UHGV virus genome: UHGV-0387474
Strand: one strand, 5' to 3'
DNA length: 44,321 bases
From: a virus
The notes below the pieces were generated by a model that saw only the letters and a list, made by a program, of their open reading frames with translations, was not told where the DNA came from and made no database searches. Made by a program: the position numbers and the translations under genes. This document shows positions 1 through 6,909 of this stretch, one piece after another; within the stretch, counting starts at the first letter, position 1, and every line of letters begins with the position of its first letter.

Positions 1-168
1 CCCGGCCGTTGCTGCTCCGTAGTCCCCGGCCGTTGCTGCTCCGCTGTCCCCGGCCGTTGCTGCTCCGCTGTACCCGGCCGTTGCTGCTCCGTAGTCCCCG
101 GCCGTTGCTGCTCCGCTGTCCCCGGCCGTTGCTGCTCCGTAGTCCCCGGCTGTTGCTGATTTAGATTC
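1..168. repeat. 24-bp tandem repeat array (6 full units + 1 degenerate), continuation of array at window end; coding (octapeptide repeats on minus strand)
   Basis: Units cccggccgttgctgctccg[tagtc/ctgtc/ctgta] starting at 1,25,49,73,97,121; degenerate unit ~145-168. Confidence 0.95.
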
Positions 169-501
169 TATACAAGTTTTTTCAACCTTTTCTTTGGTAT
201 ATTTAATTGCTGCATTTACAATTCCAGCAATATTCAGTTGCGCACCAATGCGCATCTTTGTTGATGCAATTTTACTATCATCATCGTGTCTGCTTATGTC
301 TCCACTCTGCTCTACCTCACAATACACAGATTTTGATGGTGGATAATATTTAAAACAATCAAGTGGGTATTCGCATGCATGCATACCGCATTCACAAGCC
401 ACGGCTTTATCTTCCTCGTAATCCTTTCCCACTTCATATTGTTTATTTTTGCAGGTCATATCCTTATTAAAACCTTTATACGATTTTATTATTTCTTCCA
501 T
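1..501 (-). CDS. N-terminal part (about 108 aa Cys-rich domain + first octapeptide repeats) of a ~375-aa repeat protein whose ORF continues at 44321..43698
   Basis: ATG at 501..499 preceded by GGAGGAAAC RBS; translation MEEIIKSYKGFNKDMTCKNKQYEVGKDYEEDKAVACECGMHACEYPLDCFKYYPPSK...IESKSATAGDYGAATAGDSGAATA...; frame open to position 1. Confidence 0.7.
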   Translation of the reverse strand, partial: MEEIIKSYKGFNKDMTCKNKQYEVGKDYEEDKAVACECGMHACEYPLDCFKYYPPSKSVYCEVEQSGDISRHDDDSKIASTKMRIGAQLNIAGIVNAAIKYTKEKVEKTCIESKSATAGDYGAATAGDSGAATAGDYGAATAGYSGAATAGDSGAATAGDYGAATAG

Positions 502-597
502 GTTTCCTCCTTTAATCTTGTCATTCCTACCCCTCTCCTTTATAATTTAAGTACAGGCGTTGCCGCGCCGAGTACATAAGAAAGGAATTAAAAACAT

Positions 598-777
598 ATG
601 GTTACAAAGTTTTGCCCGTTTATGAATGCAGACCCATCAGATTTGAAAAGCAAAACAGTTCCGTGTATGGATACATGTGCTTTATACTGGAAGGGATGTT
701 GCTCCATAAATGTTCTTGCCCAAAAAGCAACTCATGATTTTGAGCAAAAAAAGAAAGAAAAAGAGCTAGAAAAATAA
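598..777 (+). CDS. Small Cys-containing hypothetical protein (59 aa)
   Basis: ATG 598, MVTKFCPFMNADPSDLKSKTVPCMDTCALYWKGCCSINVLAQKATHDFEQKKKEKELEK; weak RBS; no competing minus-strand ORF. Confidence 0.3.
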   Translation: MVTKFCPFMNADPSDLKSKTVPCMDTCALYWKGCCSINVLAQKATHDFEQKKKEKELEK

Positions 778-1044
778 TTCATTATTCCCAGTGCAGATAT
801 GGCTTGAAAGAAAATCAAATTTATCCACACTTGATTTTTCAACTACAGTCTTTTTTGAAATTTCTTTCGCCATATCTGCTGCTAATTCAAGTTCTGCTAT
901 CGTTAATCCGTTTTTGGCTGCAACAGCAATGATTTTCGTTGCAATAAATTCTACCTTTTTTAAATTCTCCACCGCTTCACCTCCTACTAAGAATTTCCCA
1001 ACTGCTGAACAGCTTCTGAAAAAGCTTGCCTTACAAATTGTCAC
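766..1044 (-). CDS. Hypothetical early protein
   Basis: ORF in early leftward operon; start may be internal (MAKEISKK...). Confidence 0.4.
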   Translation of the reverse strand: MTICKASFFRSCSAVGKFLVGGEAVENLKKVEFIATKIIAVAAKNGLTIAELELAADMAKEISKKTVVEKSSVDKFDFLSSHICTGNNELFF

Positions 1045-1295
1045 GGAGAATATTTCTTTGTGGTTTCATCTTCTTCGTAGACGTGACTAATCAGAGTACT
1101 TGTTACCCTGTCAACCTTCCCATCTTCCAAAAATTCAAAATCATTCAAGTTAAAAGAAATGGAAATTTCTGGATTCCTACCTGCTTCATGAACATAAGAA
1201 ACGGATGAAATACCTTTCCCTATAGATTTTCCACATAATTCAAAATAGGTATGTTTTCCATCGCTCACTAACCTAAACTTTGGTCCATTCATCAT
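1041..1295 (-). CDS. Hypothetical early protein (84 aa)
   Basis: ORF immediately downstream of Cro-like gene, ATGA overlap with next gene. Confidence 0.45.
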   Translation of the reverse strand: MMNGPKFRLVSDGKHTYFELCGKSIGKGISSVSYVHEAGRNPEISISFNLNDFEFLEDGKVDRVTSTLISHVYEEDETTKKYSP

Positions 1296-1307
1296 TTTTC
1301 ACCTCCT

Positions 1308-1493
1308 TTAAGAAATAAGCTTGTCCACTTTGACTTTTAAAACATCTGCAACCGCTTTAAGGCTTTTTACTGTCGGGCTTGAATCGTTCCATTTGCTAAT
1401 AGCTCCGTTCTTTAATCCAGCCGCCACCTCTACCTGCCTAATGCTCAAGCTTTTTTCTTCGCAGATAGCCTTGATTTTGTCATAAATAAGCAA
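1308..1493 (-). CDS. Cro-like XRE-family HTH regulator (61 aa), TTG start
   Basis: MLIYDKIKAICEEKSLSIRQVEVAAGLKNGAISKWN... HTH paralogous to N-terminus of 2148..2528; AGGAGG RBS 7 nt upstream of TTG; divergent from repressor gene. Confidence 0.65.
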   Translation of the reverse strand: MLIYDKIKAICEEKSLSIRQVEVAAGLKNGAISKWNDSSPTVKSLKAVADVLKVKVDKLIS

Positions 1494-1514
1494 TGTATCA
1501 CCTCCTTAAAATAT

Positions 1515-1526
1515 AGAAAATTTTCT
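1515..1526. promoter_or_regulatory. Perfect 12-bp palindrome AGAAAATTTTCT, operator-like
   Basis: Lies between Cro-like gene start and the other palindromes in the switch region. Confidence 0.4.
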
Positions 1527-1549
1527 TTGATTTTTCCTATGAATCATGT

Positions 1550-1563
1550 TAGAATATATTCTA
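1550..1563. promoter_or_regulatory. Perfect 14-bp palindrome TAGAATATATTCTA, putative operator OR-left
   Basis: Same AGAATATATTCT core as the site inside the repressor promoter at 1984..1995. Confidence 0.55.
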
Positions 1564-1971
1564 CCCATACTTGGGCAAGGAGGTTTCTATGCTTATAAAA
1601 AAACTGTCTTGCCCTGTTCCCTTAATATAAGGTCGCAATAGTGGAATCAAAGAACTTTAAACTGGTCAAATGTAGTGTCAAATACGGCGGAGTTCCTCAG
1701 AGAAGAGGCAAAAACTCATGGTTGATATCCTATAATATCCCACCGTATTATGTACTCCTTATAACCTGTCAGCTAATGGGCGCACACTCCGCAGAACTAA
1801 AACTGCATAAGTGACAGGGTACTTAAAGAAGCGTTTGGGCTATAAAGCGCGGTGAAAACCTGCAAAGTACATAGGGTAAATAAATTTAGCATTGAACCGT
1901 CAGAAATAGCCTTCTGGCGGTTTCTTTGTTTTCCCTCCCTCCTTTCTTTTAGAAAAAATTCATTGTTCCTA

Positions 1972-2000
1972 TTGACAAAATGCAGAATATATTCTAATAT
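1972..2000 (+). promoter_or_regulatory. SigmaA-type promoter TTGACA-17-TAATAT for repressor gene with palindrome AGAATATATTCT (1984..1995) filling the spacer
   Basis: TTGACA 1972..1977, TAATAT 1995..2000, 17-nt spacer containing the operator palindrome. Confidence 0.6.
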
Positions 2001-2147
2001 AAAATTATCATTTAAACATTCTTTTGAGATATATCGCTATCTCTTGTTTTTAGAAGTATTTCTGCGTTACACCTTTTATTATACAGAATTACTTCTAAAT
2101 GTCAATACTTTTTTGCACTTTTTTAGAAATAATTCTGGGAGGTAAAT

Positions 2148-2528
2148 ATGGACTTTTATGAACGATTAAATTCACTAATAAAATCTCAAGGATTGTCCCA
2201 AAGAAAAGTTGAACTCGAACTGGGATTAAGTAACGGAGCAATAAGTAAATGGAAAAAATATACTCCTAACATAGACAAAGTTAATTCTATCGCAAAATAT
2301 TTCCATGTACCGATAGAATGGTTACTGACTGGCGAAGAAAAATCCGAATCCCAAGGATACTACCTCAATTCCGAAACCGCTGAAATGGCACAGTCCATGT
2401 TTGACGACCCTGATATGCGAACTCTTTTTGACATGAAAAGGAATATGCCTCCTGAAAGATTTGCAGCTCATGTTAATTTCATGAAAGAATTATACGAAAA
2501 TGAAAAAAAGAACCGTTATGACGACTAA
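2148..2528 (+). CDS. CI-like repressor, XRE-family HTH (126 aa)
   Basis: MDFYERLNSLIKSQGLSQRKVELELGLSNGAISKWKK...; GGGAGG RBS; first gene of plus-strand lysogeny module. Confidence 0.7.
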   Translation: MDFYERLNSLIKSQGLSQRKVELELGLSNGAISKWKKYTPNIDKVNSIAKYFHVPIEWLLTGEEKSESQGYYLNSETAEMAQSMFDDPDMRTLFDMKRNMPPERFAAHVNFMKELYENEKKNRYDD

Positions 2529-2572
2529 GCTTATTACACAATAATAAGGTATTAGTTTAGGGGGAAAGTAAA

Positions 2573-2782
2573 GTGTATATCAATGTATTGCTTTTAGACA
2601 TGGATACAATGATTCCTGAGCAGATAAGTAAGAATTGCGATGACGGATACACTATCTTTTTAAATGCGCGCCATTCGCAAGAGCAACGCTTAAAATCTTA
2701 CTATCATGCTATGGGACATATAAAACATGGTGACTTTGATAAGGAAAATGTACAAGAAATTGAAATGAGGGCGCACGAATGA
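2573..2782 (+). CDS. Truncated/degenerate ImmA/IrrE-like (COG2856) mini-protein with HAMGH instead of HELGH
   Basis: ...IFLNARHSQEQRLKSYYHAMGHIKHGD...; 69 aa only; ATGA coupling to next ORF. Confidence 0.45.
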   Translation: MYINVLLLDMDTMIPEQISKNCDDGYTIFLNARHSQEQRLKSYYHAMGHIKHGDFDKENVQEIEMRAHE

Positions 2783-3516
2783 GTATGTTTGATGAACTTT
2801 TTGATATATTCAAATTAGAAAATAGGGAAAGTCAGGAATCCCAAATTTCTCATTGGAATGATAGGCATGTCCCTAAATATATTGCTGATATGACATGGTC
2901 GCAGGATTCAAATCAAAGTTTAACAAAAAATGGAAGTTATGATTTAAAAAACTTCTCAAAACATGAAATTGATACAATAAGACACGTATTAAAAATAGTT
3001 AAGCAAAAATACCCTAAAAGCTATCGTTCTTTAGGACTGGCAAATGAAAGTTCTATTATTAAATATAAGCCTAGATATATTCTATATGAATTAATTATAC
3101 TTAAATATGGTCAATCAGATAACTTCATTGATAAATTTGCAGTTGCACTCGCTTACGAAAGTAAAGGGGCTGCTTATAGAAAAGATGCAATCAAGTATTT
3201 TGAAGAATCAGAAAAACATGTTTCTCCAAAAATAATGAATAACTTCATTTCTTACATGCCCTTATGTGTATATACGATGTTTGCAAAGTTATATGAGCAA
3301 GAACATGATTTTGACAAAGCTATTTATTATACAAAAATAGCTAAGAATTATGGAGATTCCGACAATCCTTATTTTGATACTCATATAAATGAATTATCAC
3401 AAAAGAAGAAAAAGGGAGTTTCAAAACGCACTAGAAAAATATCCGCTGAACGTATCGAATTTGAGAAAGATGTAACTAATTCAGCTAAATTATTTTTGAA
3501 ATATATTACTGATTAA
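2779..3516 (+). CDS. Hypothetical protein (245 aa) of lysogeny module
   Basis: Long ORF translationally coupled to ImmA-like ORF. Confidence 0.5.
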   Translation: MSMFDELFDIFKLENRESQESQISHWNDRHVPKYIADMTWSQDSNQSLTKNGSYDLKNFSKHEIDTIRHVLKIVKQKYPKSYRSLGLANESSIIKYKPRYILYELIILKYGQSDNFIDKFAVALAYESKGAAYRKDAIKYFEESEKHVSPKIMNNFISYMPLCVYTMFAKLYEQEHDFDKAIYYTKIAKNYGDSDNPYFDTHINELSQKKKKGVSKRTRKISAERIEFEKDVTNSAKLFLKYITD

Positions 3517-3803
3517 TTTAATCTATGTGTTTTAATAATACCACAGGAGACCATATACCTTGATAATATACTTACACGAAAAAACTTTGAAGAACGTATA
3601 ACAGGTTGTTCCGAATCATCCGGAAATCCTGTTCAGAAAATAAAAGAACAGAAAACGAAAAAAACTAATAATTTTGATTTAGAAAGGTTTATGATAGCTT
3701 GCAATGCCCAAATGGCTCATGACGATGAAATGGAACAATATAAAGATTATGATTAATTCGCAATAAGCATTTTAATATTTTCATCTACTAAAGGAGAGAT
3801 TTT

Positions 3804-4343
3804 ATGAGTATAAAAGGCAAATCTCAAGAGTTGTATATAGGAAAAACAGAGGTTAACATAAAAGATTATCAATGGGGATATAAATTAATAAAAATCCATT
3901 ATAGTGATATTTCAAAAATTGAATATTGTTTTCGTACCATGACCGAAGGTGGATATATGGATTTTCATGATACATACGGACATTTTGAAAGGTTTTGCTT
4001 CCCGCGTAAATCGAATGCAGCAATACAACGAGCAATAGATTACATCGAAGAACGGTACCCTGATTTAGTAATTGAAAAACATAATACAGATGATGACCCT
4101 ATCTATTCTAAAAATGTTTTTATTGCTGTATTATCCTTATTTTGCTGTTGGCCAATTGGGTTAATACTGAATTGGACAACCGGAAAACGTACATTGCAAG
4201 AAAGAATCATGTTTACAGTTTTGATATTATTGATACAGGTAAGTCTATATTTCTTTTGGGTGTGGTACACAAAAATGCAGATAAATAATGCTGTAGATTC
4301 TGTAAATGAGTATTTCAATCAGTTATATAATTTTGGAATATAA
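3804..4343 (+). CDS. Membrane-anchored hypothetical protein (soluble N-domain + 2 C-terminal TM helices); superinfection-exclusion/Abi candidate
   Basis: GGAGAG RBS; C-terminal hydrophobic segments IAVLSLFCCWPIGLILNW and FTVLILLIQVSLYFFWVWY. Confidence 0.5.
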   Translation: MSIKGKSQELYIGKTEVNIKDYQWGYKLIKIHYSDISKIEYCFRTMTEGGYMDFHDTYGHFERFCFPRKSNAAIQRAIDYIEERYPDLVIEKHNTDDDPIYSKNVFIAVLSLFCCWPIGLILNWTTGKRTLQERIMFTVLILLIQVSLYFFWVWYTKMQINNAVDSVNEYFNQLYNFGI

Positions 4344-4402
4344 ATATGATTAATTCGCCCCAGGCGTTTTAATAAAAATACAAGAGAAAAGAGGAATCAG
4401 GT

Positions 4403-4756
4403 ATGAAAACATGGAAATTAGTATCAGGTATTTTATCAATTATTTTATTTGTGATTGTGTCATTACAATCCTGTGCCGCGGGTATTGGAAATGCTCTTTC
4501 AGAAAACGGCGAAGTTAGTGGTAGCGCTGGTTTTATAGTAGCTGTTATGATGCTAGCTGGCGGAATTGTTTCCATAGCCACACGGAAAGGCAGTAAAGGG
4601 GGAAATATAGCCATTATCGTTTTATATGGCATTGCTTCATTGACTGGATTTACATTAGCTGGCAACTATGCAGACCTTAATATATGGGCTGCTTGGTGTC
4701 TAATCTGTACCATTTTGGCTATTATTTCACTTGTAAAGGGCAAAAAAGTAGAATAG
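4403..4756 (+). CDS. Small polytopic membrane protein (117 aa, 3-4 TM)
   Basis: Hydrophobic helices throughout; lysogeny-module position. Confidence 0.5.
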   Translation: MKTWKLVSGILSIILFVIVSLQSCAAGIGNALSENGEVSGSAGFIVAVMMLAGGIVSIATRKGSKGGNIAIIVLYGIASLTGFTLAGNYADLNIWAAWCLICTILAIISLVKGKKVE

Positions 4757-4766
4757 TTTTTTGTTA

Positions 4767-4785
4767 GCCCCTGTGCCAACAGGGG
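4767..4785. repeat. 19-bp hairpin-forming element gcccctgtgccaacagggg; left copy of a 17-bp direct repeat flanking the toxin cassette pair
   Basis: gcccctg[t/c]gccaacagg recurs at 5391..5407. Confidence 0.6.
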
Positions 4786-4874
4786 TACCACCTTGACAAT
4801 ATAATATACTTACCCTGGGAACCGATGGGGCGCTATTCTAGCCACCTACTCTTAAGAGAAAGGGGCTGGTGCTT

Positions 4875-4955
4875 ATGTACGTTACTTTTAATGACTTATT
4901 TACATTTGTTATCATGCTCGTAGCAGTCATAACTCTTGTTAAGCATAAAAAATAA
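4875..4955 (+). CDS. Type I toxin-like hydrophobic peptide (26 aa), Hol-Tox/Fst-like
   Basis: MYVTFNDLFTFVIMLVAVITLVKHKK; AAAGGGG RBS; followed by bidirectional terminator and a convergent consensus promoter. Confidence 0.6.
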   Translation: MYVTFNDLFTFVIMLVAVITLVKHKK

Positions 4956-5037
4956 CGCCCTCGCTCTGGTAAAGTAAGGCGTTATTTTTTACATATACCG
5001 GGGTGGCTAGGTTTCAGCTAGTCATCGGTTCTCTTGT
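4945..5037 (-). ncRNA. Predicted antisense antitoxin sRNA A (convergent, 3'-overlapping toxin A)
   Basis: Minus-strand promoter TTGACA(5072..5067)-17-TATAAT(5049..5044); transcript would run into the bidirectional terminator. Confidence 0.4.
4950..4990. terminator. Bidirectional rho-independent terminator (A-tract/stem/T-tract) shared by toxin A mRNA and convergent antisense RNA
   Basis: aaaaaataacgccc...gggcgttatttttt-type structure: ataacgcc(ctcgctctggtaaagtaa)ggcgttat flanked by A6 and T6. Confidence 0.6.
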
Positions 5038-5043
5038 TAAGTA

Positions 5044-5072
5044 ATTATATTGCATAACCAAACATTTGTCAA
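5044..5072 (-). promoter_or_regulatory. Perfect consensus sigmaA promoter TTGACA-17-TATAAT on minus strand
   Basis: rc of 5044..5072 = TTGACAaatgtttggttatgcaaTATAAT. Confidence 0.65.
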
Positions 5073-5164
5073 ACAGAACTGTACCATGACAATAATATAC
5101 TTAACCAGGCAGCCGATAGGGCGGCTATGCACCCGTTCCGAATCTTGCGGAAAGGGGAATGCTT

Positions 5165-5245
5165 ATGAGTACATACGAGGAATTTCAGATAATCCTGACC
5201 GTAGCGTTATTGATTGTTGCTATTCTGAATTTGAAAAATAAGTAA
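5165..5245 (+). CDS. Type I toxin-like hydrophobic peptide (26 aa), Hol-Tox/Fst-like, paralogue of 4875..4955
   Basis: MSTYEEFQIILTVALLIVAILNLKNK; AAAGGGG RBS; conserved 65-nt leader shared with cassette A. Confidence 0.6.
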   Translation: MSTYEEFQIILTVALLIVAILNLKNK

Positions 5246-5340
5246 AGCCGCTCTGTCCCTGGAAAGATAAGCGGCTCTACTTTGAGTTTGTTACATCACC
5301 GGAACGGGAAGACTTGACCTTCCTTATCGGCTGTCTTGTT
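5240..5340 (-). ncRNA. Predicted antisense antitoxin sRNA B
   Basis: Minus-strand promoter TTGAAA(5375..5370)-17-TATAAT(5352..5347) convergent on toxin B 3' end. Confidence 0.35.
5246..5285. terminator. Hairpin terminator after toxin B (agccgct...agcggct)
   Basis: 7-bp stem, U-rich on both strands. Confidence 0.45.
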
Positions 5341-5390
5341 AAGTATATTATATATCAAACATAGAAAATTTTCAATAACAAAATGAACCG

Positions 5391-5407
5391 GCCCCTGCGC
5401 CAACAGG
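5391..5407. repeat. Right copy of 17-bp repeat gcccctgcgccaacagg bounding the toxin cassette pair
   Basis: 16/17 identical to 4767..4783. Confidence 0.6.
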
Positions 5408-5528
5408 AACCGGCCTACATACCCGAAGATATGCACTATAATTCGCACCTATATTGTACCATCTTCGGGGCGGCTTTGCAAGATATTTGCGGAGCTGTAT
5501 TTTTTATACCTATTTTTAAGAAAATCAA

Positions 5529-6620
5529 TTGAAGGAGGAAAGAGAAATGACTACAAAAGCCCCGAAAAAGAAAAAAGGAGTACTGCCGTCTGGAAATGTC
5601 CGAGTGCAAGTATATCTGTATACAGATGATAAAGGCAAGCGGCATTACAAAAGCTTTGTTGCTCCATCACGCAAGGAAGCAAAGGAAATGGCTACTCGAT
5701 GGAAATTAGATATGAAAGATAAGCCCATAGAGCAATACAATGAACCGGATGAGGACGAGGATGAAGATATCACAGTCAATGATGCTATTGAACGCTATTT
5801 GAACGTCAAGAGCGGCGTTTTAAGCCCTTCTACGCTTAGGGGGTACACTGGTATGCAAAGACAGTATTTCGGCGGCGCATTTGGCCAAAAAAAGCTTTCT
5901 GAACTGACAAGTCCATCTGTGCAAATATGGGTAAGTAATTTAGCTGCAAAAAAACTATCTCCAAAGACGGTAAGAAATGCCTATGGTCTGTTATCTCCAA
6001 CACTGGAAATGTTTGCACCCGAATTAACTTTAAACGTTAAGCTGCCTCAAAAAAAACGTCCTAACTTATATTGCCCCAATGACAAGGATATTAAAAAGTT
6101 GCTGGACGCTATCAAAGGCACTGATTTAGAGATAGCCGTATTGCTGGCTGCGTTTGGTCCACTTAGAAGAGGAGAAATAAGCGCTCTAACCGATAAGGAC
6201 GTGGATGGTAAAATTATCCATGTAAGAGATAATATGGTCAAAGGGCCAGATAATCAATGGTACATCAAACAGCCTAAAACGGATGATAGTACGCGGGACG
6301 TAGAAATGCCAGCATTTGTAATTGACCGGATATCCGAAAAAAAAGGGAAGTTGGTTGACATGAACCCTGATTACATCACACACCGATTCGGACGAGTACT
6401 CAAAAAGATTGATATACCCCACTTCAGATTCCATGACCTGCGGCATTATGCTGCATCCATTATGCACGCCATAGGCATACCGGACCAATATATTTTACAA
6501 CGGGGAGGATGGGCCAGCGACAATATCATGAAAACTGTATACAGAAATGTGATTGACCTGGAATCCGTCCGGCAGAATAAAAAAATTAATAAGCACTTTG
6601 AAAAATTAAACAGCATGTAA
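5529..6620 (+). CDS. int: Tyrosine recombinase / phage integrase
   Basis: C-terminal HDLRHYAAS ... GGWAS ... VYRN (R-H-R-Y catalytic residues), N-terminal arm-binding-like domain, GGAGG RBS; attP immediately downstream. Confidence 0.9.
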   Translation: MKEEREMTTKAPKKKKGVLPSGNVRVQVYLYTDDKGKRHYKSFVAPSRKEAKEMATRWKLDMKDKPIEQYNEPDEDEDEDITVNDAIERYLNVKSGVLSPSTLRGYTGMQRQYFGGAFGQKKLSELTSPSVQIWVSNLAAKKLSPKTVRNAYGLLSPTLEMFAPELTLNVKLPQKKRPNLYCPNDKDIKKLLDAIKGTDLEIAVLLAAFGPLRRGEISALTDKDVDGKIIHVRDNMVKGPDNQWYIKQPKTDDSTRDVEMPAFVIDRISEKKGKLVDMNPDYITHRFGRVLKKIDIPHFRFHDLRHYAASIMHAIGIPDQYILQRGGWASDNIMKTVYRNVIDLESVRQNKKINKHFEKLNSM

Positions 6621-6637
6621 CAAAATGGCATATTTTT

Positions 6638-6657
6638 CGTGTTGCATCGTGTTGCAT
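6638..6657. promoter_or_regulatory. attP arm-type sites: two tandem CGTGTTGCAT decamers
   Basis: 6638..6647 and 6648..6657 identical. Confidence 0.6.
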
Positions 6658-6726
6658 ATATAATAAAAAATAGCATATCTTCCACCGTGGTAGGCGTAGG
6701 AAGTGCTGTATTAAAACATGAAAAAA

Positions 6727-6762
6727 CCTTGTAAATACGTTGTTTTTCCCGTATCTACAAGG
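6727..6762. promoter_or_regulatory. Candidate attP core: imperfect inverted repeat CCTTGTAAATACG / CGTATCTACAAGG around a 10-bp spacer TTGTTTTTCC
   Basis: 12/13 matching arms; lies midway between the two arm-site pairs; could also act as int terminator. Confidence 0.45.
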
Positions 6763-6831
6763 TTTTATGGAAAAGCTGCTGACGGGAATCGGACCCGTAA
6801 AATACAACGGTTTTATGCGGTTTGTAGGCCC

Positions 6832-6853
6832 CGTGTTGCATTTCGTGTTGCAT
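6832..6853. promoter_or_regulatory. attP arm-type sites: CGTGTTGCAT at 6832..6841 and 6844..6853
   Basis: Same decamer and orientation as 6638..6657. Confidence 0.6.
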
Positions 6854-6909
6854 ATTTCCGAAGATGGTATAATATTTTATAGAAGCGTCAGTGTAAAAAT
6901 CTGGCGCTT

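Noticed and set aside
1-168. Terminal 24-bp repeat arrays as a CRISPR array or as prophage att/terminal direct repeats
   Set aside because: The units are contiguous with no spacers and are phased across the window junction. They are coding in frame (octapeptides) within a continuous minus-strand ORF, so the array is an internal coding repeat and not CRISPR, att or LTR.
379-579. Plus-strand 66-aa ORF
   Set aside because: It lies antisense within the N-terminal domain of the wrap-around repeat-protein gene, has low-complexity hydrophobic translation and has no RBS.
1852-2145. 97-aa ORF in the switch region
   Set aside because: It overlaps the repressor promoter and operator, its translation is low-complexity, and it has no RBS. 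It is more likely regulatory DNA.
4767-4785. Hairpin gcccctgtgccaacagggg as rho-independent terminator of 4403..4756
   Set aside because: There is no downstream U-tract on either strand. It is better explained as one copy of the 17-bp direct repeat bracketing the toxin cassettes.
5050-5241. 63-aa ORF spanning toxin cassette B
   Set aside because: It is in the wrong frame relative to the RBS-served 26-codon peptide, and it spans the promoter-like element and leader.
6782-6798. tRNA 3' fragment at attP (T-arm-like ACGGG-TCCGATT-CCCGT on minus strand)
   Set aside because: It has only a T-arm-like hairpin with a non-canonical loop, no recognisable anticodon arm and no CCA. This is insufficient to call a tRNA.
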